Assembly (NCBI GenBank): GCA_001949185.1 | Contig: BDGG01000001.1 | Span: 2,044,478 to 2,108,477, forward strand | Direction: 5' to 3' | Source of the DNA: Ramazzottius varieornatus | Lineage: Eukaryota > Animalia > Tardigrada | Length of the DNA: 64,000 bases | In this document: positions 34,732 through 46,795 of the stretch, piece after piece | Numbering within the stretch: position 1 is the first letter of the stretch | How the letters are laid out: each line of letters opens with the position of its first letter | The notes under the pieces: model-generated | Told to the model about the DNA's origin: nothing | What the model saw: only the letters and a program-made list of their open reading frames with translations | Databases searched by the model: none | Program-made: the position numbers and the translations under genes

Positions 34732-37700
34732 ATGGCCATCTCACCCCGCCAGTTCCTCCACTGGACGATCTTTTTGTTGGTGTACTCTGCGAGTACTGTG
34801 ACAGGTAAAAAGCATAAGAATATCACGCTGGGATATTTGCCGGCCTTGAAGGGCGATGCGCAGTATTTACAAGGACTGGTCATTTCGGGAGCCATCTCCT
34901 ACGCCATTGACCAAATTAATAACGATCCTCACCTCCTCCCGGATCACAAACTGAATCTCGTATGGGCCGATACGCACGCGGACTCTTTCCACGGAACGAG
35001 GGAACTAACGCAGCTGTGGAGGGATGGCGCGGTGGCCTTTTTCGGACCAGAAGACGAATGCGAGAAGGAAGCCTTCGTGGCGGCAGCTTGGGACCTTCCT
35101 ATGATCAGCTACGTAAGTCTTCCCGTTTCATGAATTTCGGAAGATACGGAACTTCGTACTGCGGCCTACCTACGTTTTTGGAAAAATATTGTACGTAGGC
35201 ATGTATGTCGTGACTGCTGAATTCTGCCCGTTTTCTACGATGGATCATACAAGGCCGTGCTCGGTACCATCTCACAGGCATTTTCTTTGAAAAAGGGCAA
35301 GATTAAGTGCCCAAATTATACCCATGACTTCAGATTCGAGCCAAAAGTTCGCGCACTTTAAAGATTGATATGTGATATCTAGAACCGAGATATTTATTGA
35401 AAATGTGGACGTGACATTGTTAATCCGTTGTTTATGCACAGTCCGGAGAGCCTCGCTTGGAACATGCGGACCCCGGGAAAATAATTAGCATAAATTAGCG
35501 GTTAGTTATACCTTTGTACTTCGAGCCGTCGCTTAGACGTTGATGAATGTGTCTGTGCTTTACCATCTGGTGTAGAAGAGAGTTAAGAATGCAAGTGCAT
35601 GAGGTCCTTTGGACACATTGTAGCACGATCTAATCGACGGAGGGGTCTGACCCGTTAAACGACATAAAAAAGTCGAAGGTTTCCGAAAGAGGACAAGAGG
35701 AATATTGCTTTGAGAGAAATTGTGGCAAGAAGGAAGTGTCACGAGTTATTTCGGGTAATTGGCTGATGGAACTGGAGCTTGTATTGTAAACTAGCCATGA
35801 AATCGATCGAAGAATAGTGTTAAGTTGCCGGTATGATGTGGCCTGTATTGCCGGGAGCACTTGTTGATTGCTACCGACCAGTTCGTCAAACAAGCAATAT
35901 CATCCGATCTTTGTCCTTGTTTGTTACTTTTCAAAGCCACAATACATTTTTCTGCGTCTGCAGAAAACATGCAAAGAAAACATTTGCTACGGTACGGTAC
36001 AGTATCGGGCTATCGATGTATGCCGCCAAAATAAGTTCAGTTTTGGATTTGAAGGCGTGTGGAGTTCTCATGACCAGAAAGTTACAGCCTTTCATGGCCA
36101 ATGTACAGTAATTTTATCAATCCAAAGACTGTGTTTCTTTTTGGTAAAGACTTTTGTTTTGATTTTCTTCTCCCTTTTCATAGAACATCATCCATCAATG
36201 TTGACCAGAGGTTACGTTCAGGGTACGACCGATTATATTTGCTCCTACTCTTGGTAGATTTTGATCTGGTAGTCTCGTAAGTTCCGTTGAACCTGATCAA
36301 TGCCGTGGTACCCGAAGAACATTAGAATACTTATCTCGACAGTTTTTTCTGAACACGTAATCAAAGGCTAAGTGTTGTCTGATGATAAATTGTGAAACCA
36401 GGAAGACCACGTAAGTAATATCATCATAAATGTTGGATTTTTCAGAAATGTTCGGACGCTGCAGTCTCGGACCGTTCGATATACAAAACCTTCGCACGCC
36501 TGCAACCTCCCGATGTCCAAGTGACAAAGTCCATCATCGCTTTGCTGAACCACTTTGGGTGGAAAAAGTTCTCCATTGTGTATGGCAGCACGCACGCATG
36601 GCAAGCCATCGCCAAAAACCTCCGAGAACAGGCGGAAAAGTTCAACCTGACCATCAATTCCGAAGATGAATTCAAGGAACCCTACACCCCGGATTTCGAT
36701 GACAGCCTTTTTCCGGATATCATCGAACGCACCTACCGGAAAACGCGAAGTACAATTCACCTCAGATTTCCTTCCGATTTTTGGAAATTTGGCTTCCAGA
36801 AATACCCGAGAAACAACCATTTTATTGTCCGAAACTCGTGACTGCTATCCCAAGTGGCACACATTTTCATTGTTACCGGTTGGAACTGTGCGTCACTTGG
36901 AAAAATGATCATGTTCGATTCATTTGGCGATGTCTCAACTGAAGCTCATTCGTCCGATTCTTCGATTTACCGTTAGCCGCAAGGAATTGAAGAGCCAACA
37001 AACTCATTATCCTCTTTTGCAGTTTACATCTTCCTGGGGGAGTTGAACAGCCTGATCGACATGATGCTGGAGATGTACATGAAGCGTCTGATTGCGTCTG
37101 GCGAGTACGTTGTCATCTACTTTGATCGACAGCAGTACAAGCCCGACGATCCGACCTTCTATTTTCGGAGTTCCCTCATCCAGATGGATGATTACATCCC
37201 GGACAACTTTGAGGTGATTGAAGCTATGCAGAGTGTCATGATCATTACCAGCACCCACCCCACCAATCCCCAGTACGAGAACTTCAAGGCCATGGTCAAT
37301 GAGTATAACAAACTGCCGCCCTTCACCTTTGTGAACCCCTTCGAGAATTATCCCACCGGAAACGGCGAACTGGGATACCAGAAACCCGTGACGGAGTTCG
37401 CGGCTAATTTGTACGACTCGGTCATGTTGTATGCTTCAGCACTGCAGGAAGTCCTGGACCAAGGCGGCACAGTGGAAAGTGGAGAGAAAATCATCGACCA
37501 CATTTGTGGCAGACATTACAAAAGTAGGTCCTCACAAACTCAAGGCAAAATCCAGTCTCACTAAATATCAGATTTTTGAGATATGCGACGTGGGCCAATA
37601 TCTTTCCGTAAGTGGCGCATGCTCTCGGTCTACAGTAATGGCAATGTGCGCCATCGTGTCGTCGATCGGCAGGAAAACACATGATTCTCTTTCATGCTCC

Positions 37701-40700
37701 TGCATCGATGACCGGTTTACCGAATGTGATGATACCCGGTTTAGTGCATGCATGTGTTTTTTAATTTCACTCTCACATTTTTCTACGATCTTTCTGTGGA
37801 TTAGACGAAAACGTGACGCTGACGGTTGTTGTTTTTCTTCTCTTTTTAGGCATCCAAGGTATCACTCTGTTTATCGACGATAACTGCGACGCGGAGGGCA
37901 ATTACACACTACTAGCGCGTCAACGCGAAATGTCAAAGAAGGCGAATTTCTCGATGAATCCAGTCGGGCAGTTCTTTCTGTCGAATTCCACCTCGGGCGT
38001 CCTACCGGTTAGTTGCGGCTTAGTCAGTTGACGTCTTCTCCAGCGATAAAGTCTCTTTTCATTGCCACTTTTATGAGCGCCTGTTGTTTGCAGAACCTGC
38101 GCTTATTGCCAAACACCACCATAGACTGGGTCGGACAGTCGCAGCCGCTCGACGAACCCGCATGCGGCTATAATAACGACAAGTGCATCGAACCACCCGA
38201 CAACACTGCGCACATCATCGGAGGGGTTGTAGGAGGTGTCCTGCTCCTGTTGGTCATCTCGGCAACCTTCCTCTTCAGAGACTGGAAGTATGAGCAAGAA
38301 ATAGCCGGGCTGGTCTGGAAGATCGATATGAGCGAGATCAGCTTCTCAGACCATGACAGTTCGTCCACTAAGCTGGGCAGCATGTTCGACATTACCGAAG
38401 AGAACGCGGAACAAACGCAACAAGAGATTTTCGCACACACCGGAACATACAGAGGAAGAATCGTCAGGGTCAAGAAGCTGTCGTTTCTACATAAAGGAAA
38501 GTTGGAGATCTCCCGAGAAATGCGCAAAGAAATGAAAATCGTAATTGAGAAATGAATCTGTATATTGGTAATACCAATACAAGTGCAAGAATTATTCGAA
38601 TCATCTGGGAATTTTCCGTCTAGATGCGGGAACTTCGGCACGACAACATCAACCCTTTCCTGGGAGCCTGTCCTCAGCACAACTCCTTGCTCTTAGTGAT
38701 GGAATACTGCACCAAAGGAAGCCTCTGTGTAAGTTGCGGGAATATTTTTTTAAGAATAGCCTTTATGGGAGCTCGGATGAGTTTCCACATAATAAGTTGG
38801 TTGTTACTCTTCTTTGTAGGATATTTTGGTGGACTCGACCATCAAGTTGGGTCAGCCTTTCATCGCTTCACTGGTCTTTGACTTGATCAAAGGCATGGCC
38901 TACATCCACCACAGCGACCTGAAGGTCCACGGGAACTTAAAGAGTCCAAACTGTGTGATAACCAGTCGGTGGGTCCTTCAAGTCACCGACTTCGGCCTAC
39001 ATCCCCTCCGCAATCAAGCCATTCGAGATTACACTTCCGAAGACGAGTTCTTCACTGACCTTCTCTGGACAGCACCGGAACTTCTGCGGGCAGAAGAGAT
39101 CGGTGCCAGTCAGAAAGGCGACGTCTACGCCTTTGGTATCATCCTACACGAGTTCATCACACGCCAGGGCGTGTGGGGTAACTGTGCTGTGGAACCTCGA
39201 GAAATAGTCATGCGGATAAAAGCCGGAGCGATTTTGAGACCGCCTCTAAGAGATGTCGAAGCTCAAGATTACGTCCTATTCTGCATGCAAAAGTGCTGGA
39301 GCGAGAACCCCGACGATCGACCCACGTTTGTGGAGATCAAGGACCAGTTGAAGAAAATGCGTGATGGCATGGTCAAAGTCAACATTATGGACAATATGAT
39401 TTGTCTGTTGGAGAACTACGCCAACAACCTGGAGTCGCTGGTTTCGGAAAGAACCATGCAGCTAGAACTGGAGAAAAAACGGACGGAAAATTTACTACAT
39501 CGCATGTTGCCCAAGTTAGTCGTCTTTCTTACATGATGGTCGCTACAGTTATGGTCGTAACTCTTTATGGCTGTGTCTTTTATAGCTCTGTCGCTGAACA
39601 ACTGATGCGCGGTGTGCCGGTCGAACCGGAAAGCTACGAGGAAGTTACCATCTTCTTTTCCGATATAGAGGGCTTTACGGCGCTCTCAGCCGACTCCACG
39701 CCCTTGGAAGTGGTCACTTTTCTCAACGATCTCTGTAAGTACCGCACACGAGATCAGCACAACGGGAACGAATTTTATCATGTCGCTAAATTATTCATTA
39801 ATTAATTTTTTTAGATACCATGTTCGACCACATCATCAGGTACGTTTTAACTGTGTCTCGAAGTGGGACGTCGTCGAATGAATTAAACGTTCCTTCAAGT
39901 TGCGTACGTAGTGATTGTTATTGGCTGGAAGTGTGCGCCGCTTGGAAGAACGATTATGTTCAGTTCGTTTGCTGACGCCGCAAAATAAAAATTGATTGAT
40001 GGATTGACTGAATTCAATTATGGAAAGTTTTTTTTCAGTCATTATGACGTCTACAAAGTGGAAACCATCGGGGATGCTTGTAAGTGTCAGAACAAAATAC
40101 ATTAGTCGAAGAAATCACGCACCCAGTGTCTACGTACCCAACCAGTTGCCTTTTTTAGATATGGTAGCGAGCGGCCTGCCTTTGCGAAACGGAGACAAAC
40201 ATGCAGGCCAGATTGCAACCATGGCTCTAAACCTTCTGAAAGAATGCGCCAACTTCCGCATTCGTCATAGACCAGAGAAAACTCTGAAAGTCCGCATTGG
40301 TATTCACACTGGACCTGTTGTGGCAGGTAGGCGTTCTTCCACCTTCCCATAAGTCGGTCTCCCCGATTGTTGAGTGGTAAAACCCTCCTTCTGGTTACAG
40401 GTGTTGTGGGAAGTGCGATGCCTCGTTATTGCCTGTGAGGCTTTGTCTTATTTATTGGTTGTCGCTGACTTGATTGCGTATTTTGTATGATAATTCCCCT
40501 TTATCGCTGACAGATTCGGTGATACCGTCAACACAGCCTCGCGGATGGAGTCGACCGGCGAAGCCAACAAAATCCACTGTAGCGCCCAGTGCGTCGCGGT
40601 TCTAAAGAAGCTCGGTGGGTACTACGTCTCAGAACGTGGTGTTGTCCACTTGAAAGGCAAAGGTGATATCGCGACCTACTGGGTCAACGAGAAAGAGAAC

Positions 40701-41423
40701 CTAGCGGAGGAACTGCTTCTCGTCCCACCGATACCCGCAACCGAGAGCCACCCAAAGATCTTGGACCTTTACGCCAGCAACCGGTTGAACGGACATGCGT
40801 CTCACAATCCTTTAAACGTGACGAAATCTTCGGACCATTCTCTAAATCAATCCGAAGAGAAGTCACACCGGAAGGTCAGCACAGTGAAGAGTATCTGCAA
40901 GCGTTTAAGGCTAAACAGTATTGCTCGACGGAGAACGGATAGTGAATGTCTAGACAGCGGAGATGGTCATCCGTATGTTTCGCCGTTGAGACGCGGAAGT
41001 GATAATGTTCTTTCCATGACTCATTCACGGGAAAAGAATCTTCCCATACTACCACGTATCCCTGACGAGTCGGCAAGGCCTCTATTAGAAGAGTATGGTT
41101 CGTTAGGGAATGGATTTTTGCCTTACGGGAAACTGAAGGCGCCGAACGGGATGCGGTTGAGTCATTCGACGCCGTCTTCGAGACAGAACACGGCGCTGGA
41201 CTTGGAACAGCTGGACGAGACAACGATGCAGATCTTCGAGAAGGCAAAATCTCGGTTGTTGAATAAGCCTTCTCTTTCACATTCGGCTGTCTTTAACGTT
41301 GCTAAAGAGGATGGACCTCGTGAGACGACGACCAAGTCGAGTGAACTGTCCAAGATGCCTGCCGGCAGTCAGAATGGTACTGTCTTGCCAAATCGACAAG
41401 TTATTGCTCAGACAGTCTTCTAG
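34732..41423 (+). CDS. Receptor-type guanylyl cyclase (Gyc76C/NPR-like), multi-exon (GC2)
   Basis: Signal peptide; [31 protein letters not shown]; TM ~38215-38277; [23 protein letters not shown]; [10 protein letters not shown]; [14 protein letters not shown]; [12 protein letters not shown]; [11 protein letters not shown]; [21 protein letters not shown]. Includes a 25-nt microexon 39815-39839. Confidence 0.95.
36838..36936. repeat. Palindromic element copy P12 (core 36852-36898)
   Basis: cccaagtggcacac...gtgcgtcacttggaaaaatgatcatgttcgattcatttggcgatgtctc; GC2 intron. Confidence 0.88.
37585..37672. repeat. Palindromic element copy P13 (core 37610-37656)
   Basis: aagtggcgcat...gtgcgccatcg; GC2 intron. 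Confidence 0.72.
39865..39981. repeat. Palindromic element copy P14 (core 39897-39943)
   Basis: gggacgtcgtcgaatga...caagttgcgtac-gtagtgattgttattggctggaagt-gtgcgccgcttggaagaacgat; intron 39840-40038. Confidence 0.85.
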
Positions 41424-41693
41424 CCATGACTTCTTTTTATGCACGATTCTTTCCGCCTCACGATTCAACCAGAGTTTTATGTCTAATTGTTGCTATACTG
41501 TATTGAAATGCCTAAAATATTGACGGATCATTTTAATTCTAATTCCGAGACCAATGTACAGTAGCCTCAGAATTTTCCCAAACGGTCCTCTGTATTGAAA
41601 AAAATAAAGTTGAATAAATTAAATTCTACTGTATGTCGATTCCAGTGCTAATGAGTCTCGATATGCGTCCTGAAAACACAGAAGGATTACGAC

Positions 41694-42326
41694 TCATTTA
41701 TAGAATTTTTTGTCGTCGCCATCGCGGTCATTTCCGGGTCGGCCTCCCAACATGGGCTTCATCTGTTTCACTTGCTCTTCTGGTATGACTCCGGTTCTGG
41801 AGAAGAATTCCTGCTTGATCGAAGGAATATGAGGTCTGTTGAACTTGAAGACATCAATGGCAGCGTCTTCTTTCCAAAAACGTCCGATCTCCGAAGAGCT
41901 TAGAAGCGGTACCGGACGATGGTCCTCTTCCTGCTGAATGTGCAACAGGTGGCGCCTGTTGTTTCTTCTGTTTTCATGCCGGGCTTTCTGGTCGTAACCG
42001 TACTGTGATTCTACGTCCTCCTTAATCACTTTCTGCAAGAGTATTGGTATGCTGACCAGATTTTTTTCGGGAGGGCAGAAAAAGAAGAAACGAAGTTGAG
42101 GGAAGATACCTAGGCTTACTCGCAGCCAGATTGGCGTGTGGTAGTAGGAGAATTCGGGGTTCTCCGTGCGACGAGGAGGGACGTACCCGAAGCTGGCAAT
42201 CTCTGCAGGATTGCCTTCCACCACGTAATGCATGTCGAAGTAGTTGAAGTCAATCATAATCTTGGGGTTCACTTCCGCATAATTCTTTGTGTCCAGGAAG
42301 GCGGACATGTCTCCCTTTTGCGGCAT
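41694..42326 (-). CDS. CFAP90: Cilia- and flagella-associated protein 90 (C5orf49-like)
   Basis: FGYVPPRRTENPEFSYYHTP, YDQKARHENR, QEEDHRPVPLLSSSEIG and FFSRTG match the YIPPRR..SYY / YDQKLHRDDR / EE..RPV.VL.SS.YG motifs; one intron. Confidence 0.8.
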   Translation of the reverse strand: MPQKGDMSAFLDTKNYAEVNPKIMIDFNYFDMHYVVEGNPAEIASFGYVPPRRTENPEFSYYHTPIWLRVSLGIFPQLRFFFFCPPEKNLVSIPILLQKVIKEDVESQYGYDQKARHENRRNNRRHLLHIQQEEDHRPVPLLSSSEIGRFWKEDAAIDVFKFNRPHIPSIKQEFFSRTGVIPEEQVKQMKPMLGGRPGNDRDGDDKKFYK

Positions 42327-43016
42327 GGTGAGAGTGGTAGGTAGAACGATTACAGCGGAAGTATCAAAGCACACTCACACAGCCTTTAGAGTCTGTTCCT
42401 TACTCACCGCCAGTTCGAGGACAGAAAATTTATTCTTGAACCGGCTATAGGCTAGTTACCAGAACGACGGTCGGATCTGGGTGCGTAGGTGCAGCGGCCT
42501 CTTTTGTTCAGAATCTGGAAGGACATCCAAGAGGAAGCGGAGCTCTTCTAGCTTTCCCAGTCTCCAGTCGACGACCGCTTGCGCGGCCAGGAGGCACGTA
42601 CAAGCCGCCTTCTACGGCCTCTCACTCCGGAAGTATCATCCTGAAACTGGCTTCCCGCCAACATCGCTATTTCACGAACCGCCGCTAGACACACTAGTAA
42701 TTACAGACATTTTGCCATATATATAGCACTGTTAGTACGTAAACGCATACTAGCAGTTCAAACGATTAAACATCCTTGCTGTCTTTGGGCGTTATCACCT
42801 GCAAAGTGTGAGCCTTTTTGACCAGACATGGCCGATTACGGAAGGGCGGAAGTCCATCTTTGTAAAAGATAAAACATTTCGCCGCGTTAACGCCATGGGA
42901 AGTGAATGACTCAGCAAAATTCTCCACGAGCCCATTCAGCCCAGAACAAAAAGATTTGGGGCTTGTTTCTCCGGAAGCTGTTTCCACTTTGTCGCACCTT
43001 CTAGACTCGCTTTGCG

Positions 43017-46000
43017 ATGGCAAAGCATGTTCGGTTCGAGGAGATTTATACTTCTAGGCCGAGAACGCAGTGGCTGCTTACCGTCAGCTTGCTCGCAGCG
43101 GTCAGCCTGTTCGTAGTTGGACTTTGCATCGGTGTGTTCGGGATACGCTCGGAAGATACGTTCAATTGCGGAGAGTCTCACACATCTTTCCTTCCGTTTA
43201 CGGCCACCGAAAGCCCATCCGTATCTCCGTCTACATTCCTGCCTGAAGACGTCGTGCGTGACAAGTTGTTCGCTGAATTCAAAGCAGAAAACATTCGGAA
43301 ACACCTGTTGTGAGTACAATCTAACATCTGTCATGACTAGCCTAACTGGGCTTTATAACGGCCATGGAATGACGTCATGCGCGACTTTCAGATACAAGGC
43401 TTGTTTTCAGAGTTTTGACTAGAGAATCCCATCCAGCAGGAAGTCCTGCTAACAACCGCGTCGCTGAGTACATTCGTAGTCACCTGTCGCTACATCTCGG
43501 TGCGGATAACGTTAACGAATCCACATACGATGTTCTTCTCTCGCGACCCAACAACTCGAACCCTAATGTCGTGAAGATCGTTTCCGCTGGGGGAGAGGAT
43601 CACACTGTGCTTCGGAACAAGGAGAACCAGCAAACATACGAAGTCGATACCGCGATTTTCGGCTTTTCTGCTCAGGCAGCGGTCGAGGTAGTGTGGAGCA
43701 CACGTTTTGCCCTGAACAGTATTTCGACCATATTTGTCTTCTAGAGCGAGCGGTTGTTCTATGTGAACACGGGTTCGGATCACGATTACGAGCTTCTTGA
43801 GAAGCAGGGCCTTCTGGATGAGATCAACGGTAGCGTGGTGTTGTTGCGATATGGAGGCTTCCGCGGAGCTCAGGTGGACAAAGCTGCGGAACACGGAGCA
43901 AAAGCGGTGTTGCTGTACCTTGATCCGTCGGCCGTAGCCAAGTATGGTATCGACGAGTCGAAAGTCTTCCCGAATGGTGCATGGATGCCCGATACCGCCA
44001 TGGAGCGTGGAGTCTTGTCGATATACAAAGGCGATCCTCTGTCGCAAAGTTTCGTCTCCGAGATCGGTATTGATAGGACCAGCTTCCGGTTTCAGCTCGA
44101 GTTTGGTCCACCCGTCTTGAACTTATTCATATGTTATTTTTACAGAGTCCAAAACAAAGTATCGAACAGCGCTGAGAAACGTCCATTTTCCGAAGATCCC
44201 AGCTGTGCCTATCGGTTACGGCGACGCTCAGAAACTGTTCAATCTTATGGATAACTCCACGGCTTTGCCCAGTCATCTGTGGAGGCCTTCAGAGTTCATG
44301 CGATACTCGCTGGGCGGAAAGTTGCTCGAAGGAAGGTTTGTAACACGTATGTCTTCCAAACCAGCCACTTTTCGCGAAACCAGGTATATCTGTCTATTTC
44401 TTGTGTAGGAAGATTACTGTGAAAACCACTAACCACAACGAACGAAGTGTTATTAAGAACATTATCGGACAAGTCCATGGCTGTCAAGAACCAGGTTTGG
44501 GGAGTTTTGAGTTACGTGTTTAACTTCCGGTTGTTGACTAGCTTCTCTTCTTTGCAGACCGATACGTGATTCTCGGAAATCATTACGATGCGGTATGTTT
44601 TTGTCCTCTGCTTACGCGATCGTCGATCGTGATGCCGATAAGGAAATTCGGCAAATAAACTCGATAAGACTGGCTTCCCAAGTGGCGCACGTTTTGAGTA
44701 TTGTTGGCTGAAAGCTTGCGCCACTTGGAAAACGACCTTTTGCGTTGGTTCGCCTAGGCATTACATGTTACACAGTAGATTAGTGATCTTCATCCAATGA
44801 CTGTTGTAGTGGACGATGGGCGGTATCGATCCGAACAGTGGTAAGTTCCATCGGTCAGACTCAAACCCGATTGCGCGGTGGATAACATAAGTCTTTTCTA
44901 GGTACGGCGACGCTGCTTGAGATCGTCAGGGTGATGGGTGTTTTGAGGACAAGAGGTGTGTTCTACGAACTTTCGGTAATTACTTTCTGGTTATCTGACT
45001 CGGTATATTGTTCGTACAAGCGGAACTGAGCGAAAACTGTGGTGTGTCATTGCGTAGACTCGTGGTGCCCGCGTAGAACCATCGTTTTCGCTTCATGGGA
45101 TGCGGAAGAATACGGGCTGGTTGGGTCCACCGAATGGGCAGAGGAGCACATGCAGATTCTGGAAGAACGAGCAGTAGCCTACATCAACATCGACGCGGCA
45201 GTTCGTGGTAGGCTGTCCTTCTTCGCTCTTGGGGTTCCCTTGCTGTCGAACGTCATCTACTCTGCCGCCAAGCTTGTAAGAGCTGCCATTCAGAACTATT
45301 AATACAAACCAGCTCGTTTGATATGATGTCATATCAATTCCGAATTGGTCAACAGGTTCCAGATCCAGCCGGAAGTCCTGATAAGAAGTTATCGGTCCAT
45401 GACGTGTGGGCCAGCACGACCAAGGGTGCTCCACAAGTCTACCCACTGGGCTCTGGCAGCGACTACGCTACTTTTGTCAACATGCTGGGCATTCCGAGCG
45501 GTAGGTACCATCGTGAGGCTCTTTCTGACATCCGAGGACGAATTGGCCATCGTACTGAAATTAACCCTTATGTGTGCTTGCAGCGGATTTAAGATACAAC
45601 GTAAGAAAAATTCGTCCATCGCTCGACTCTGCGGTGAAGTCGCTTTCTATTTGAGCTTTTTATAGGGCGAAGTTGCAAATCCGTCTTATCACACTGCATT
45701 CGAGACATATGAGTACGTGGCGCAGCAGGTGGACCCTACTTTCGAGGCAAGGCAGGCTCCCCGGTTGAATTGTTGTAACTGTAATGATATGGCTGATGTC
45801 ACTGCGAGTTCATGCCATGTGAACCGTTGTCTTGGTGTCGTAGTACCATATGGCAGTGGGCAAAATTTGGGGAGAAATAGTGCGCGATATCGCCGACTCC
45901 GCAGTCGTACCATTCTCTGTAACGGATATGGCAGAGTACATGAACGTGTCTTGGCACCAAGTACGGCAGGACATCTTGGCAGAAAATACAACCGAAACAC

Positions 46001-46611
46001 CGTACGACTTCGGCCCGGAGATCGACTTTGGTATGCACCGTGGACCTTCACTCCGAATAATTTTCGATTGTCTTGTTTTCGATGCAAGATGAGCATTATG
46101 CAGTATTTGACCGCACTAACGCACTCGTTTGCAGATGGGATGAATTTGGCCATCGGGGAATTTGAAAAAAGCGCTCAAGCCTTTGACGACGATGCGAAAC
46201 AGGCGGCAACCGATGGTAGACAAAAGAGGTACAGCTGCTAACAGCATAAAATACGGTTTTCGGGTCTGACACCTTCATATTGTTTGCAGTGATCTACTTA
46301 TGCGCCAACTGAACGATAAACTGATCAAGCTGGACCGCATGTTTGTCCTTCCGGAAGGTCTTCCGGGTCGACCACTCTACCGCCACGTCCTTCACGCACC
46401 TTCAAAGTCCAACGCCTACGGTGGCGCCAGCTTCCCGGGTATTGTAGACTGCGTTGCAAGTGTTTTACAGGCACGCAAGAAGAACGATCAATCAGAAGAA
46501 CTAAAATGGCTGAACGAGCTGAAACTTCATTCCACTAAAGTAATACAGCTAATAGACCGGGCGGCTCGATTTCTAAGCCCAACCTTCTCTGGCTTATACC
46601 AGAGCCCGTAA
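43017..46611 (+). CDS. Glutamate carboxypeptidase II / NAALADase-like type II membrane peptidase (M28B)
   Basis: N-terminal TM; HPAGS; PA domain LLRYGGFRG; GDPLS; VILGNHYDAW..GGIDPNSGTA; RRTIVFASWDAEEYGLVGSTEWAEE; AYINID; LGSGSDY; YHT..ETY; TfR-like dimerisation domain GLPGRPLYRHVLHAPS..N.YGGASFPG. Confidence 0.93.
44642..44737. repeat. Palindromic element copy P15 (core 44680-44726)
   Basis: ttcccaagtggcgcac-gttttgagtattgttggctgaaagc-ttgcgccacttggaaaacga; intron 44593-44809. Confidence 0.92.
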
Positions 46612-46795
46612 CTTTGATGTTGTCTTTTCAAACGAATTCCTATGGACCAAATATTATTTGCTCCTTCACTGACATTTTACTAACTCGATTGTACTCATTT
46701 TACACACAAAATTTTAGAAAACCGGTGCAAATAATTTTACCGCCCATGTTTTACTGGTGCAAAACTTCCAAATTCTTCCAATAAACTTGTCATGA

